Source: the human T2T-CHM13v2.0 reference genome, Homo sapiens. Taken from it: a stretch of 64,000 nucleotides of DNA. A program made the translations under genes and the position numbers. The stretch lies in the NCBI RefSeq assembly GCF_009914755.1, contig NC_060935.1; one strand, given 5' to 3'. The notes under the pieces were generated by a model that was not told the DNA's origin, ran no database searches, and saw only the letters and a list, made by a program, of their open reading frames with translations. Positions 1 through 15,290 of this stretch are shown piece after piece (positions within the stretch are counted from its first letter, which is position 1; every line of letters begins with the position of its first letter).

Positions 1-337
1 TTTGAAATCCAAGGTATCTGTGATCTTGTGCTAATGAAAATTTACTTATTTTTGAGATGATTTGAATACCACTCATTTATAAATATGGGTAGCATTCAGA
101 ATTATCATAAAGATTAAATGAGAGATTTTATATTGTATTTGATACATAATCATTTCCTTTCCCCTCTTTTTTATGATAAATGTAAGATCATGGTCGTTGC
201 CTACCCAGCGTGATTTTTTTTCTCAAGAAGTTGAATATAAAGAACTTAATTATACTTCACTATTAAAATAGGTAATTTTGGTTGGTAGTTTACTTTTTTA
301 AACAATGTTACCACTACCTAAATTTTGTTTTGTTTTC

Positions 338-608
338 GTTTTTTTTGAGACAGGGTCTTACCGTGTCACCCAGGCTGAAGTACAGTGGTGTGATCATGAC
401 TCACTGCAGCGTCAGCCTCCTGGCTCGAGCAATTCTCCCACCTCAACCTCCTGAGTAGACGGGCACATGCCACCATGTCTGCCTAATTTTTAAATTTTTT
501 ACAGAGACAAGGTCCTACTACGTTGCCTAGGCTGGTCTCAAAACTCCTGGGCCCAAGCAATCCTCCCAAAGTGCTGGGATTACAGGCATAAGCCACTGTG
601 CCCAGCCA
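338..608 (-). mobile_element. Alu (old, AluJ-like)
   Basis: T-rich tail, then gagacagggtct...ctcactgcag...aaagtgctgggattacaggc...cccagcc. Confidence 0.9.
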
Positions 609-1033
609 ACCTGAAATATGTTTTAAAACTTCATGTTGGGGATTTATCTTCAGAGGCAGTTAGCAAACCTCTGATAAAGCAGATCCTAGTCAAAAATTGT
701 ATTATCCAGATTGCCCCACATAGCCCCCAGAAGTGGCACCAGGTGATCCTTGACTCCTTTCAGTAATCAGATTAATCATCCCAGTATGAATTTTTCACTA
801 TTAAGGCAGTTCAGAAGAATAATATTCCATAGGTTCTAGAGACAGTTCCCAGGGGAATTCCAAAGAGATTTGAAAATGATAGCAACATTATTACAAATAT
901 CTGGCCTCCCAAGAGAACTACCTTGATGGTAATTCATTTGTTTGGTTATATTTGTTTAATAAAACAAGGTCTTATTTTTGTCATGTCAGTTTTATTTATA
1001 ATGTAGGGACTACCATTATAAATGTCTTCTGTT

Positions 1034-1570
<537 letters not shown>

Positions 1571-1759
1571 TCAGTATTATCCCAATTTTAAAGGTAAGGA
1601 TACTAAGACTTGGGGAAGGAAGTTATTTGTTACAATCATACTGATTAAAGGCCAAGATTTAAATCTAGGATTATCTCTACTCTAAAGTCCATATACTTTG
1701 TACTATATTTTCCTGCCTTTCCTGTTCATGAAATTTATCTATTTTTTAACTCTTCTTTA

Positions 1760-1857
1760 ATGGAATGCTTCATGAATTTGCCTGTCATCCTTGTGCTAGG
1801 GCCATGCTAACCTCTGTATCGTTCTAATTTTAGTATATGTGCTGCCGAAGCGAGCAC
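1760..1857 (-). pseudogene. U6 snRNA retrocopy (RNU6 pseudogene)
   Basis: Reverse complement reads GTGCTCGCTTCGGCAGCACATATACTAAAATTAGAACGATACAGAGGTTAGCATGGCCC...AAGGATGACAGGCAAATTCATGAAGCATTCCAT; deletion near the ACAGAGA box; 16-bp TSD tgttcatgaaatttat at 1723-1738 and 1858-1873. Confidence 0.95.
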
Positions 1858-1866
1858 TGTTCATGA

Positions 1867-2533
<667 letters not shown>

Positions 2534-3106
2534 TTGTTTATGAAATTTAAATGGCACAGTATACACAAAGCTCTTATGCCAGTTTTTGGCAAACTATAAG
2601 TGCTTATTAACTATGGTACTTAATACTGTCAAAAACAATATAATAATAAGTCTATATGCATATAGGAAGTAATCGTAGTACTATTTGACATACTCTCTTA
2701 TAGTAAACTATTTGGGTCACTTTTCTTCTCTTAATAACCCTTAAAATCAGTTGAACATGGTCAAGTCCACTGGGACTATTCGTTGTTTTTTATAAAGAAA
2801 TAAGCACTATTATAACAAAGTCTTGACAAACTAGGTATCTTATTATACATGTTGTCTTTGAACATAAAGATGAGAGCTAGTTTATGCTCTGTATCTTTTT
2901 CTTTTCTTCCTTTCTGAGGTGTTTGCAGAATTAACCAGAGAGAGCCTTGCTTCTCTTGGTATATAAACATAAGGATGAAAATGAAATAGCTAAATTTTCA
3001 GTGTTTTGGCAGCAAGACAAAGCTGTCTTCTTTAGGACTATCATTATGAAAGTTTTTATATCTGTTGCTTGTCAATTTGTGTTACTTCTCTTTTATGTTT
3101 GGGTAT

Positions 3107-3129
3107 TTTCCCCTTAACTTTATTTGAAC
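3107..3129 (+). promoter_or_regulatory. SPCS2: U12-type (minor spliceosome) branch site and AC 3' splice site of an SPCS2 intron
   Basis: TTTCCCCTTAAC branch consensus (CCTTAAC 3112-3118) ~11 nt before AC at 3128-3129; no AG near the exon start; frame continues C TAT TTT GTG ATG. Confidence 0.9.
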
Positions 3130-3264
3130 CTATTTTGTGATGATGGGGATTCTGACCATTTATACCTCATATAAGGAGAAGAGCATCTTTCTCGTGGCCC
3201 ACAGGAAAGATCCTACAGGAATGGATCCTGATGATATTTGGCAGCTGTCCTCCAGTCTTAAAAG
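3130..3264 (+). CDS. SPCS2: Signal peptidase complex subunit 2, penultimate exon ([45 protein letters not shown])
   Basis: Recognised SPC25/SPCS2 peptide; donor AG|gtatga at 3265; phase matches the exon at 10421. Confidence 0.96.
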
Positions 3265-4399
3265 GTATGACTATCCTCACAGATTTTTAAATCCTGGTGT
3301 TGGATTTGCCCTGGCATGTTGTCATTATCAACAGAAGACTTATTATGTGCCTACTCTATGTGGATCATAGGGCTAGTCATATAAAATGAAGAAAGGAGTA
3401 TGGATGATCTAGAAGGTTTGTCCTAGCCCTATAGTTCTGAGATTGCGTTATCACAGAAATGCTCTGAGGATAAACTGTGGGAGAAGGTACTTTTTCCTGT
3501 GGCCAGTTAACAGAGACGATTAAGCATACAAAAGTATAAAGGCCAAAGATGTGAGATCAGTTATCTTTGAAGAATTCCATTAGCTTCTGTGTCTTCTATG
3601 ATCCTGTCTTCTCTCCACGAATACAATCAAGAATATCTGGAGCAGTGCACTGGGCAACTCAAAAAAAGCACAATCTAGAGTCTGTTTCTGACCAGTGTCA
3701 GGTATAACTTTGTGCAGCTGACACACATGTGTTTTGTAGGTACCAAGAACTAGGTTCATGTTCCAATTCAGTTTCTTTCTAGCTGTATAACTTTGGGTAA
3801 ATCATATAAATTATCTGAGGTTTAGTGGGGTCAAAAATGATGCCTAGAGTTTCTGGGAAGATGAAATACCAATTATAATAATAGCAAATGTTTATTGAAC
3901 ATTTACTGTATGTTGGGTATTCTGCTAAATGCATTATCTCATTAAGTTTTAGAACACTCATTTTATAGATAAGAATACAGGCCCAAAGTTTAAATCAACT
4001 CTTCCAGTATCATATAGCCCAAAAGTGGTAGAGCAGGAATTCCAGCCCAAGTTTGAAACCAGAATTCATACTCGTAGTCACTATCTTAAAAACCTATTAT
4101 ACTTAACTGGTGCATAATAGCCGCACAAATTATAGGTACAATTATTTATATATGAAGTTAAGTGTAGCATCTGTGCCATACAGACTGTCTCATTGCCAAC
4201 TTGTAGAAGCGCCTATGAGAAAGGGAAGCAGACCTTCATTCTGTTGTTGCAGCTGAGTTCTTGCTTATCTCCTGACAGGGCTTCTAGCTGCCCTTTGGCC
4301 TCAGCCATCATAATCTGCATCCTCTACCAGGCCACTGAAGCTGAGTTGCAGAATTCTAAAACCTAGCGGCATTATAATTTCATTATTTTTATTCTGACT

Positions 4400-5055
4400 T
4401 TTGTATTTTTTAAGAACTTTTATATAATTCACCTACCATACATACAGTTCACCCATTTAAAGTGTACAGTTCAAAAGTACCTAGTAGTATTTACAGATAT
4501 TTGCAACCATTATCACAGTCAATTTTAGAGCATTTTCATCACCTCAAAAAAAAAACCTCTGTACTCTAGCTAATCACTTCCCTATCCTCCCACTTGCCTG
4601 AGCCCTGGGCAACCACCAGTCTACTTTCTCTGTTCTCTTTTATGGACATTTCATATGAATGGAATCATACAATATGTGGTCTTTTATAACTGGGTTCTTT
4701 CACTTAGTGCAATTACTTCCTATATATACTGCACACAAGGTTCGTTCATGTTGTAGCATGTATCAGTACTTCATTCCTTTCTATGGTCAAGTAACATTCC
4801 ATTTTGTTTATCCATTTGTTGACAGACATTTGGGTTGTTTCTACTTTTTGGCTATTATGAATAATGTTGCTATACATATTTGTGTACATGTTTTTAGGTA
4901 GACATGTTTTCATTTCTCTTGGGTAATACACCTGGGAGAAGACTTGTATGGTATGCTAACTCTCTTTGTTTGATGAACTGCCAGACTGTTGTCCAAAGTG
5001 GCTGCCCTATTTTACAATCTCACTAGCAGTGTACAAGGGTTCTGATTTTTTTCAC
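4400..5055 (-). mobile_element. Old L1 (L1M-type) 3' fragment
   Basis: cacccatttaaagtgtacagttc, ggaatcatacaatatgtgg, ccaaagtggctg; the 4746-4931 ORF resembles the end of L1 ORF2. Confidence 0.8.
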
Positions 5056-5637
5056 GTTTCCTGCTGATTTTTACCAACTGCCGTATTGTTGGTGGAGTGG
5101 AATGTGAATGTTCTTGCTCTCTTCCCGGCTTTCTGCTGATGTCTTCTCCCTCCCCCACCTCACCGACTGATTTAGTAGCTTAACAGTGGCTGATTCTGAT
5201 GTCTTATTCCCACTGCCAGGTCATGTGATGTGAAAATGGCAATGAAAGGTTTCACAGACTACTAGTTGCCACGTGCAGACAACACAAGCTATGTGACTCT
5301 CTCGCAAAAAGTGATTTTGTCACTCCCCAGCAAATTCATTATACAGTCTAAACTCCTTCAGCATATGAAGTATTACAGCATTCATCCCCTAGTGACATCT
5401 CCAGCTTTCTTTTATGCCCCTCTCAAAATACATTCTCTTACTCTGGCAATATTATGGAATTTGCAATATGCTAAGTTATCCAAGTTTCCAGTGACCCCGT
5501 ACCTTTAAACATATTCTTCTCTCTGGCTTAGCTATCTTTCTGTAACCTGGCTCACTCCTACTTCCAAGAAGCCTTCCCTGACATACCTTAGTCTTCCTTA
5601 ACATGCCTTAGTCTAAATTAGGTGGTCCTAGTTATTC

Positions 5638-5968
<331 letters not shown>

Positions 5969-6270
5969 TAGTTACCACATGGAGCTATAATTATTTAATA
6001 TCTGTGTCTCCTCCTGGGCCCGCCCCCTCCTCCAAAGTGTGAGCTCCTTTACCATTCACTATACAGTAGAAACCTAAGCCCAGGTGGGACTTTCTCACTC
6101 ACCCCTTGGTAACCAGACCCAGCCCAGGGCCTGGCGTGGCATGTTTTGTTATGTGAATGATTGACATTCATCTGGGCTGGGCTGCAGCCTTGACCTCCTA
6201 ATTAGTCTTTGCCTGCAGCCCAGTCATTGTCAGCCATCCACAAAGTCCCCTATAACCTAGCCATCTCTAT

Positions 6271-6623
6271 GAACATTCCCTTCTCTTTTTTTTTTTTTTA
6301 AACAACAAATTGGATCCACTGAAACTTTTATTTAACTTTGTAATATGAACATTTACCATATAAGGTTATAAGACAATATAAAATCTATCTCATTTCATTT
6401 ATAGCATAGCTATAAATCAATCTAATCTCTCTTATTAATGTTTTATATATATATATATATTTTTTTTTTCCTGCATACTTAGGCAATATTTTCCCCAAGG
6501 GATATATCATTCTCAGTAAACTACCGCAAGAACAAAAAACCAAACATCGCATATTCTCACTCATAGGTGGGAATTGAACAATGAGATCACATGGACACAG
6601 GAAGGGGAACATCCCTTCTCTTT
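6271..6623 (-). mobile_element. Young L1 (L1PA2/L1HS-like) insertion with an inverted 5' fragment and a non-L1 3' segment
   Basis: TSD gaacat(t)cccttctcttt; T14 at 6286-6299; minus-strand AATAAA at 6327-6332; plus-strand L1 ORF2-end/3'UTR fragment 6506-6613. Confidence 0.8.
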
Positions 6624-6799
6624 CTTACCCTAAGTGAAACCTGACCATAACCTCTGAGGACATATTTCCACTGCAGACTGCAAGTGGTGGCTGATGTTTC
6701 TCTCACAGCCTTCATTACTCCGGTACTACAGGTAGAGATGGGTCTCTCCTTTGCAGCTTCCAATGCGTCCTCTTCCCTAAAATCCCCCCTTTGAATGCA

Positions 6800-9065
<2,266 letters not shown>

Positions 9066-10420
9066 ACATTTCTAAAATGTATCAGGTCACAACTCATCAG
9101 ATCATGGACTGCCACCAAAGCCATGTAACTGCCAATAAAACTGGGCACAGAAGTCTAAAAATTACTGTGATATCAATTAGCAGTTGGTCAGAACTTGAGA
9201 AAATATTTTGAGGTGTTGAAAATAGTTAAAGGAACTTCACTACTAGCTCTCCAAGTTGGGAGTTACTGCCTAGACCAACAATTATTGAGGAGCTGTGACC
9301 TTTTGAGCACTAGTTAATGATAGACACTGTTTTAGTCATGACAGTAATCCTGAAAGCAGGTGGAAGTTCTCCCATTTTAAACATGCAGAAATAGAGCCTC
9401 AAGAAACTGCTTCATTTAAAGATAATACTAGCTTGACAATCCACTGAATATGTCCTAATAAATGGAAACAGGGTGGGGGATGTCAGCCTACCAGTAATTG
9501 GTGTCATTAAACCCTCTTGAATGAATGGACATAGTAATGGCCTTCAGGGTACCTTGAAGTATAGCTAAAGGAATCTCTGGAGTTCATTTAGTAAAGCAGT
9601 TGGCATCCCTGGCCTGGGATCAGAGTAAAACCTGGAGCTAGATTGATTACAGAGTGCAAGGACTAGGCACCCCGGGATTGGAGAGCATCCTTGAAAGCAA
9701 GGGTTCTTCATTTATTTATAAAAATTTGATTGCCTACTAGAAGCCCAGCTAAGAGTATGAAGCAATTAAGACAACAATCTTTGCTCAAGAATCTCCTAGA
9801 CAATCCTGATTCAAGCACCAGAAACAAAGGGAAAAGAAACCTCCCAGTCTAGTGAAGAACGTAGTACACATCATGTCAACAGATAGGTAATTTTGTTGAT
9901 ACCATAAGAGCCTATTATTAGGCCTGGCATATGACAGGAGGTCAGTATTTGAGTTGAATATTGATTGATGGTACTGTGGAAGACAGAGGAAACACATCTG
10001 ACCCAGATTGGTAGGCTTTCCCAGAAAAGTTTATGCCCAAGTATAGTGTTAACAAATAAGAACTTCTCAGGTGAGATAGGGGAGAAGAGTCTGCGAGGAA
10101 AACCTGTCTAGCATGGCAAATACGAAGTCCAGAGATGAGAGAAGATGGTCCACGTGGTTTAAAAGTCTACAACAAGGTAAAGGAGGTACACAGTAATTAA
10201 AGTAGGAAAGATATGTCAACACCTAAGAATCAGAACTAGTATCTTGAAAAGTTAGGAGCCCTGGGGTTTTGTTTTTGCTTTTGCTTTTAAAGGATGTGTT
10301 TGTTCCCTGTATCACCGTGCCCAGCTTACTCCTTTTCTTCGGAAACACTTGGTGCCGTATTGTTACTGGTTGAATCTCTGTGTTTGGTTTTTAATTTGTT
10401 ATCTTTGCCCCCATGCTTAG

Positions 10421-10607
10421 GTTTGATGACAAATACACCTTGAAGCTGACCTTCATCAGTGGGAGAACAAAGCAGCAGCGGGAAGCCGAGTTCACAAAGT
10501 CCATTGCTAAGTTTTTTGACCACAGTGGGACACTGGTCATGGATGCATATGAGCCTGAAATATCCAGGCTCCATGACAGTCTTGCCATAGAAAGAAAAAT
10601 AAAGTAG
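10421..10607 (+). CDS. SPCS2: SPCS2 last coding exon ([61 protein letters not shown])
   Basis: Acceptor cttag|G at 10420/10421; recognised C-terminus; TAG at 10605-10607. Confidence 0.97.
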
Positions 10608-11277
10608 CCAATTCTAAAAGTAGCCCTCTTTCTCCTGGATCTTGCTGAATTAGTGGCTTGGGGGGTGGGGGAGATAAAAAGAACTTAAAATGGGTAAAGT
10701 AAGAAATGTTAAAAAGTCCCTGTTTTGTCCTGAAATTTTAGTCTATTCTGGGTAAATAGGATTTTCTGACACAGATATGAGAAGTTGTAGCTCTGATGTC
10801 TAGCTGTAGTCTCCTTGATCTGCTGATTGCATTATTTTAATTTGCTTTTCTGGGAAAGCAGTTTTGCTAAAAGCTGTACAGACTTTTTCTTTTGTACCTA
10901 GCAGTACTTTATATAGTATAGCTTTGGGCCATGTAGCATTTTAAGACTCAATTTTAAAAAATTATTAATCTGTTGCTGACTCTTAATTCCTATTTCAATA
11001 TGTGTTTCCTTGAAGAATTCAGGATACAACTTCTTGTGTATGACAGCTTTCCTTCACACACTATTTTTGTGGGTGTGTATATATCTGATTTGGGAAGAAT
11101 TTAAAAAACACATAGCTTTTTAATTTGTTTGAAACAGACTTTCTGCCTGTTACATTTTTGCTTTTAACCAATTAAAGAAGCCAATGGCATTTTAGTTTTA
11201 TATTGTGTTTTCCACTAGTATATCCCTGTTGATTTGTTTGTGCCTTTTATTAACTGCCATTTTCTAAAATTTTTTTC

Positions 11278-11283
11278 AATAAA
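11278..11283 (+). terminator. SPCS2: Likely SPCS2 polyadenylation signal AATAAA
   Basis: AATAAA at the end of a ~670-nt U-rich 3' UTR with upstream UGUA motifs; ATTAAA also at 11171. Confidence 0.7.
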
Positions 11284-12050
11284 AGGAAGGAAGATGTGAA
11301 AAAAATGGAGTCATAGTTTTGATGGAGAGAACAGAGAAACAAGTGTTAACATCTTTCTACTATAGGTTTTTTTCATTTTTAGGCTATTTTACTTGTCAAA
11401 GGCCCCTGAGAACCTGTAGCTAAGGAACTCTTAGCTTTCCAGTGATAATAACAATAATAACAACATTCTGTACTTACTTTGTGCCAGAAATGCTCCAAGT
11501 ACTTTACATGTGTTAATAATGCTCACAGCAATCCTAAGAGGCAGGTGCTGTTATTATCCCCATTTTACACATGAGGAAACTGAGATACAAAAGTTAAATA
11601 ATTGTCACACAGCTAGTGATAGAACTGGGATTCAAACCTGGGGAGTCCGGCTTCAGAGTTTGTGGTCCTGCAGAGACAAAACAGCCGCTTTTCCAGTATT
11701 TTCCCAGTATGGTCAGAGAAGACCTGGGTGCTTGCCAAGATCCTTTGACCTTTAGGAATATTTCCCTACAGCCTTACAAAACATCAATTTTGGCTGAGCC
11801 TAGTACCCAACACTATATTCAGTTTGTAAGAAATTACCATTATCACATTTCCTGTTTGTCTTGGAGAGGTTGTCCTATCTCGCACCACATGGTAGGGAAT
11901 TGTGAACAACACTGGACAGAAAGTTAAAGCCTTGGATTCTGTACTCTTCATTCCTGTAAACCTTGGGTAAGTTTCGGAATTCTCTGTGAGCTTCTTAAAG
12001 TTTTTGAAAGCATGTAACCGGATAAGTGTATTTTTACAATGGAGGAGTTA

Positions 12051-12337
12051 CAGTCATCTTGGTATTTGTGGGAGATTGGTTCCAGGATCCCCAAGCATAC
12101 CAAAATCCAAGGATGCTCAAGTCCCTTATATAAAATGGTATAGCATTTGCATATAACCTACACACATCCTCCCATATACTTTTAATCACCTCTGGATTAC
12201 CTATAATACCTAATATAATGTAAATGCTATGTAAATAGTTATACTGCATTGGTTTTTTAATTTATATTTTTTGTTATTTTTTAAAATATATTTTTAATCC
12301 ATGGTTGGTTAAATCTGTAGATATAGAGGGCCAACTG
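12051..12337. mobile_element. MER2 (Tigger-family MITE)
   Basis: TA|cagtcatcttggtatttgtgggagattggttccagga ... tagagggccaactg|TA; terminal inverted repeats and TA TSD. Confidence 0.85.
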
Positions 12338-12588
12338 TACTGTTAGACACAAGGGTCTCGAGGCTTGCAGATAGAGACTGAATAACCCTCTCCATGATGA
12401 TCCCTTAGAGTTCCCCCACTGTGCCTTTTTCTTTACATGTGCATGCAAACATGTGTCTCCACATACATTTTTTTTAACAAAAATTGAATTATGTTGATAC
12501 ATGTCCTGTAATTTGTGTTTTAAACTTAATATATCTTAGGCATTTTCCCTGTGTGTGTGTATAATGCAGCTATTAAAAATGAGTCTGA

Positions 12589-12887
12589 GGCCAGGCATGG
12601 TGGCTCACGCCTTTAATCCTAGCACTTTGGGAGACCAAGACAGGTAAATCACCTGAGGTCAGGAGTTCGAGACCACCTTGGCCAACATGGTGAAACCACA
12701 TCTCTACTAAAAATACAAAAAATTGGCTGGGCATGGTGGCAGATGCCTGTAATCCCAGCTACTTGGGAGGCTGAGGCAGGAGAATGGCTTGAACTGGGAG
12801 GCGGAGGTTGCAGTGAGCCGAGATCACACCCTGCACTCCAGCCTGGGCAACAAGAGCAAAACTCCGTCTCAAAAAAGAAAAAAAAAA
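12589..12887 (+). mobile_element. AluS
   Basis: Full Alu with A tail; gagtctga repeated on both sides. Confidence 0.92.
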
Positions 12888-14877
12888 GAGTCTGACATAC
12901 ATATATATAAAAGAAACTGTTCTAAAATACCAGAAGTGCAAAGGCAGGGGACCAATTGCAACAAGTAGCTGGGGTGATAACCCCTATATATATATACACA
13001 TAGGTCAGTCTCATTTTTAATAGCTACATAATATTCCATAGTATAAGTGATTTTACTTTAATACCCTATTGATGATAATTTTTCCCCAGTTTTTTTCACT
13101 ATTCCAGGAAGGAGTATGGATTGAGGAGAGGGGAAGAAAATAGGTCCTCAAATGAGAGACAAGAAACCTGGGTTGTTAGCAACTTTTTTCTAATTTGTGA
13201 CCTTGAATACATCCTATTCCTTTTCTAGGGTGAAGTCTCTTGTTAAAAAAAAAAAGTTTTAGAGAATGTATTTTGAGATTATGAAGACTCCTTACTCCCT
13301 GGGAAATAAAAAACATCCCTTATGATTACAAAGAATGTTGGGTGCCATATCCCCAATATCTGCCTATAAGGCTCACTGGAGACTTCTTGGACTACATGGA
13401 TCTATTTTAAGGTTTTTCCCTGACTCCAGAAACCAGTTGAAGCAGTTTAGATTTGTTGAAGAAGTGGGTTATCAGCCCAGCTACATGTTGCAGTTGGTCC
13501 CCTGTCTTTGCACTTGTGGCATTTTAGGAGTGTCTCATCACATGAACAAAAAGTACCCTCTGCAGGCTCAAGCCTCAGCATGGGCACACTTTGTAGAGCT
13601 GCAGAGTGCCTCTGGCCAGCTTCTGACACATGCATCTACTGAGTGGCCATTTCAGCCCAGTCCAGAAGGCTGCTGGGCTGCTCTGTACCCTCTAGTAGGT
13701 CTGCAACACCCTTGCCACCAGGAAACCCTGACACCCATCACATCATCATGAGTGAAGTTCTCAGTTCCTCACACTTACCTCAGACGGACTTTTTTCTAGA
13801 AAATAGAGGGCCACTGAGGACAGTGGAAAAAGATCCTAATGTTTTTTCATTATTTGCAAATTTCAACTGCTAATATGTATTTAATGTTTGTCATGCTTTT
13901 ATATACGTGTAGAAACAATCTTTGCTTCAGAACAATTTCGGGGAATGGAAGAAGATGCAAAGTCCCTTTGCATACACACAAGTTGTGTTTTTCTCTGGAC
14001 CCAAGTTCCTCCTCAGCTTGGAGCCCGATCTCTCACTAACTCTACCTTATCCACTCCTGGCTAGCCCCACCCACACCCCAAACCTTTTCTCCATGGTGGA
14101 AGTCATCAGAGAAAACTGTTAATAGCACGTTAATTTAGACTTTTAGAATATATCCTGTCCCCACTGACAGCCTTTTTTGTTATTAAATAGAGTATTCCTA
14201 ACAACCCAACCCACCCTATGGTCCCCTTCTCAGAATAATGTTTTAAATACATACACATATCATTGTCTGTTAATAAGGAACTGGGGAGGTGGTTCCAGAG
14301 TTACTGGAACAGATTCAAAGACAGTTGCTGAAACTATGTCCTGGTTGTTGCTTACTCTCCTCTAGAAAGAAGTACTTCCTCACTAATCTGGCTTTCAGCC
14401 TCAGATCTGCCCCATTTTAACTGCTGCTACTAACATTCTTCCTCTATAGGCAGCAGGTTCTTCCTCCTTTCAGACAACAGTCACAGAGACACGTACTTAC
14501 ATGAGCTTGAAAGAAGGGAAATTCCTTATTCCTGTGGGCAGAAACCAGGTGAATTGTTAGAACTTTGGTTTATCGACTTGGGCATAGAGGGATTCAGGGT
14601 ACATAATGCTTGTTAAGGAAGAATGGCAACTGTTGGGCTGTCTTACAGCCAACCCCCTCCTACAGTCTGTCATGCCAGGCTTAGACCCATGCAGACACAA
14701 CAGGAAAAGTCTCAGATTTTTCTTGGCTGCCATAAAAGATCATTAGCCCTTTCAGAGGGATTTCTCTGTGACAAACTGTTCTGGGAAGCAATTGATGAGG
14801 ATTGAGTAGTTGTCAGGCTCTTAGTGCCACAGAGTTGGTTAATACTGTCAAAGGTGACCCACTGGAGAAAGAGAAAC

Positions 14878-15290
14878 TTGGGAGAGGCAATCTGCCATGA
14901 GCCCTGAATGTTCCTGCATGTATATTCTTGCCTCATGTGAATGTAAGACTGACCATTCTTCTTGGGCTGTACCTCAGTGTTCTGTTAGCAGTAAGCTACC
15001 TTGAAATGAGCAAATTTGCCTGTTGCTCACTGTAAAAGTTTTGAGCACCCCTCCCCTCACAAGCTGGGGGTCTGCATATGTAGTCATCCATCTAGGCCTA
15101 CCCTGTGGCACTTGGGGGTGTAGGCCATGGGCAGCTGGTGCAAACATCATGCTCATGTTGCTGGCTATACCATAAGTAATAAAGTTATTTGTCTCTGACC
15201 CAGGAATCTCATGTCTTCTGGCAACATCCATGAAAGCATCGCAGGCTAACTTGTTAGCTTACAAGTAGGATAAAATTCACAGATGTGAAA
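14878..15290 (+). mobile_element. ERVL-class LTR (LTR40/47-like), putative 5' LTR
   Basis: Starts ttgggagaggcaatctgccatg; AATAAA at 15178; ends ttgttagcttacaagtaggataaaattc; related to the LTR at 17719-18122. Confidence 0.7.

Noticed and set aside
13335-13751. 138-aa ORF between SPCS2 and NEU3
   Set aside because: No recognisable domain, promoter or splice context; length is within chance range.
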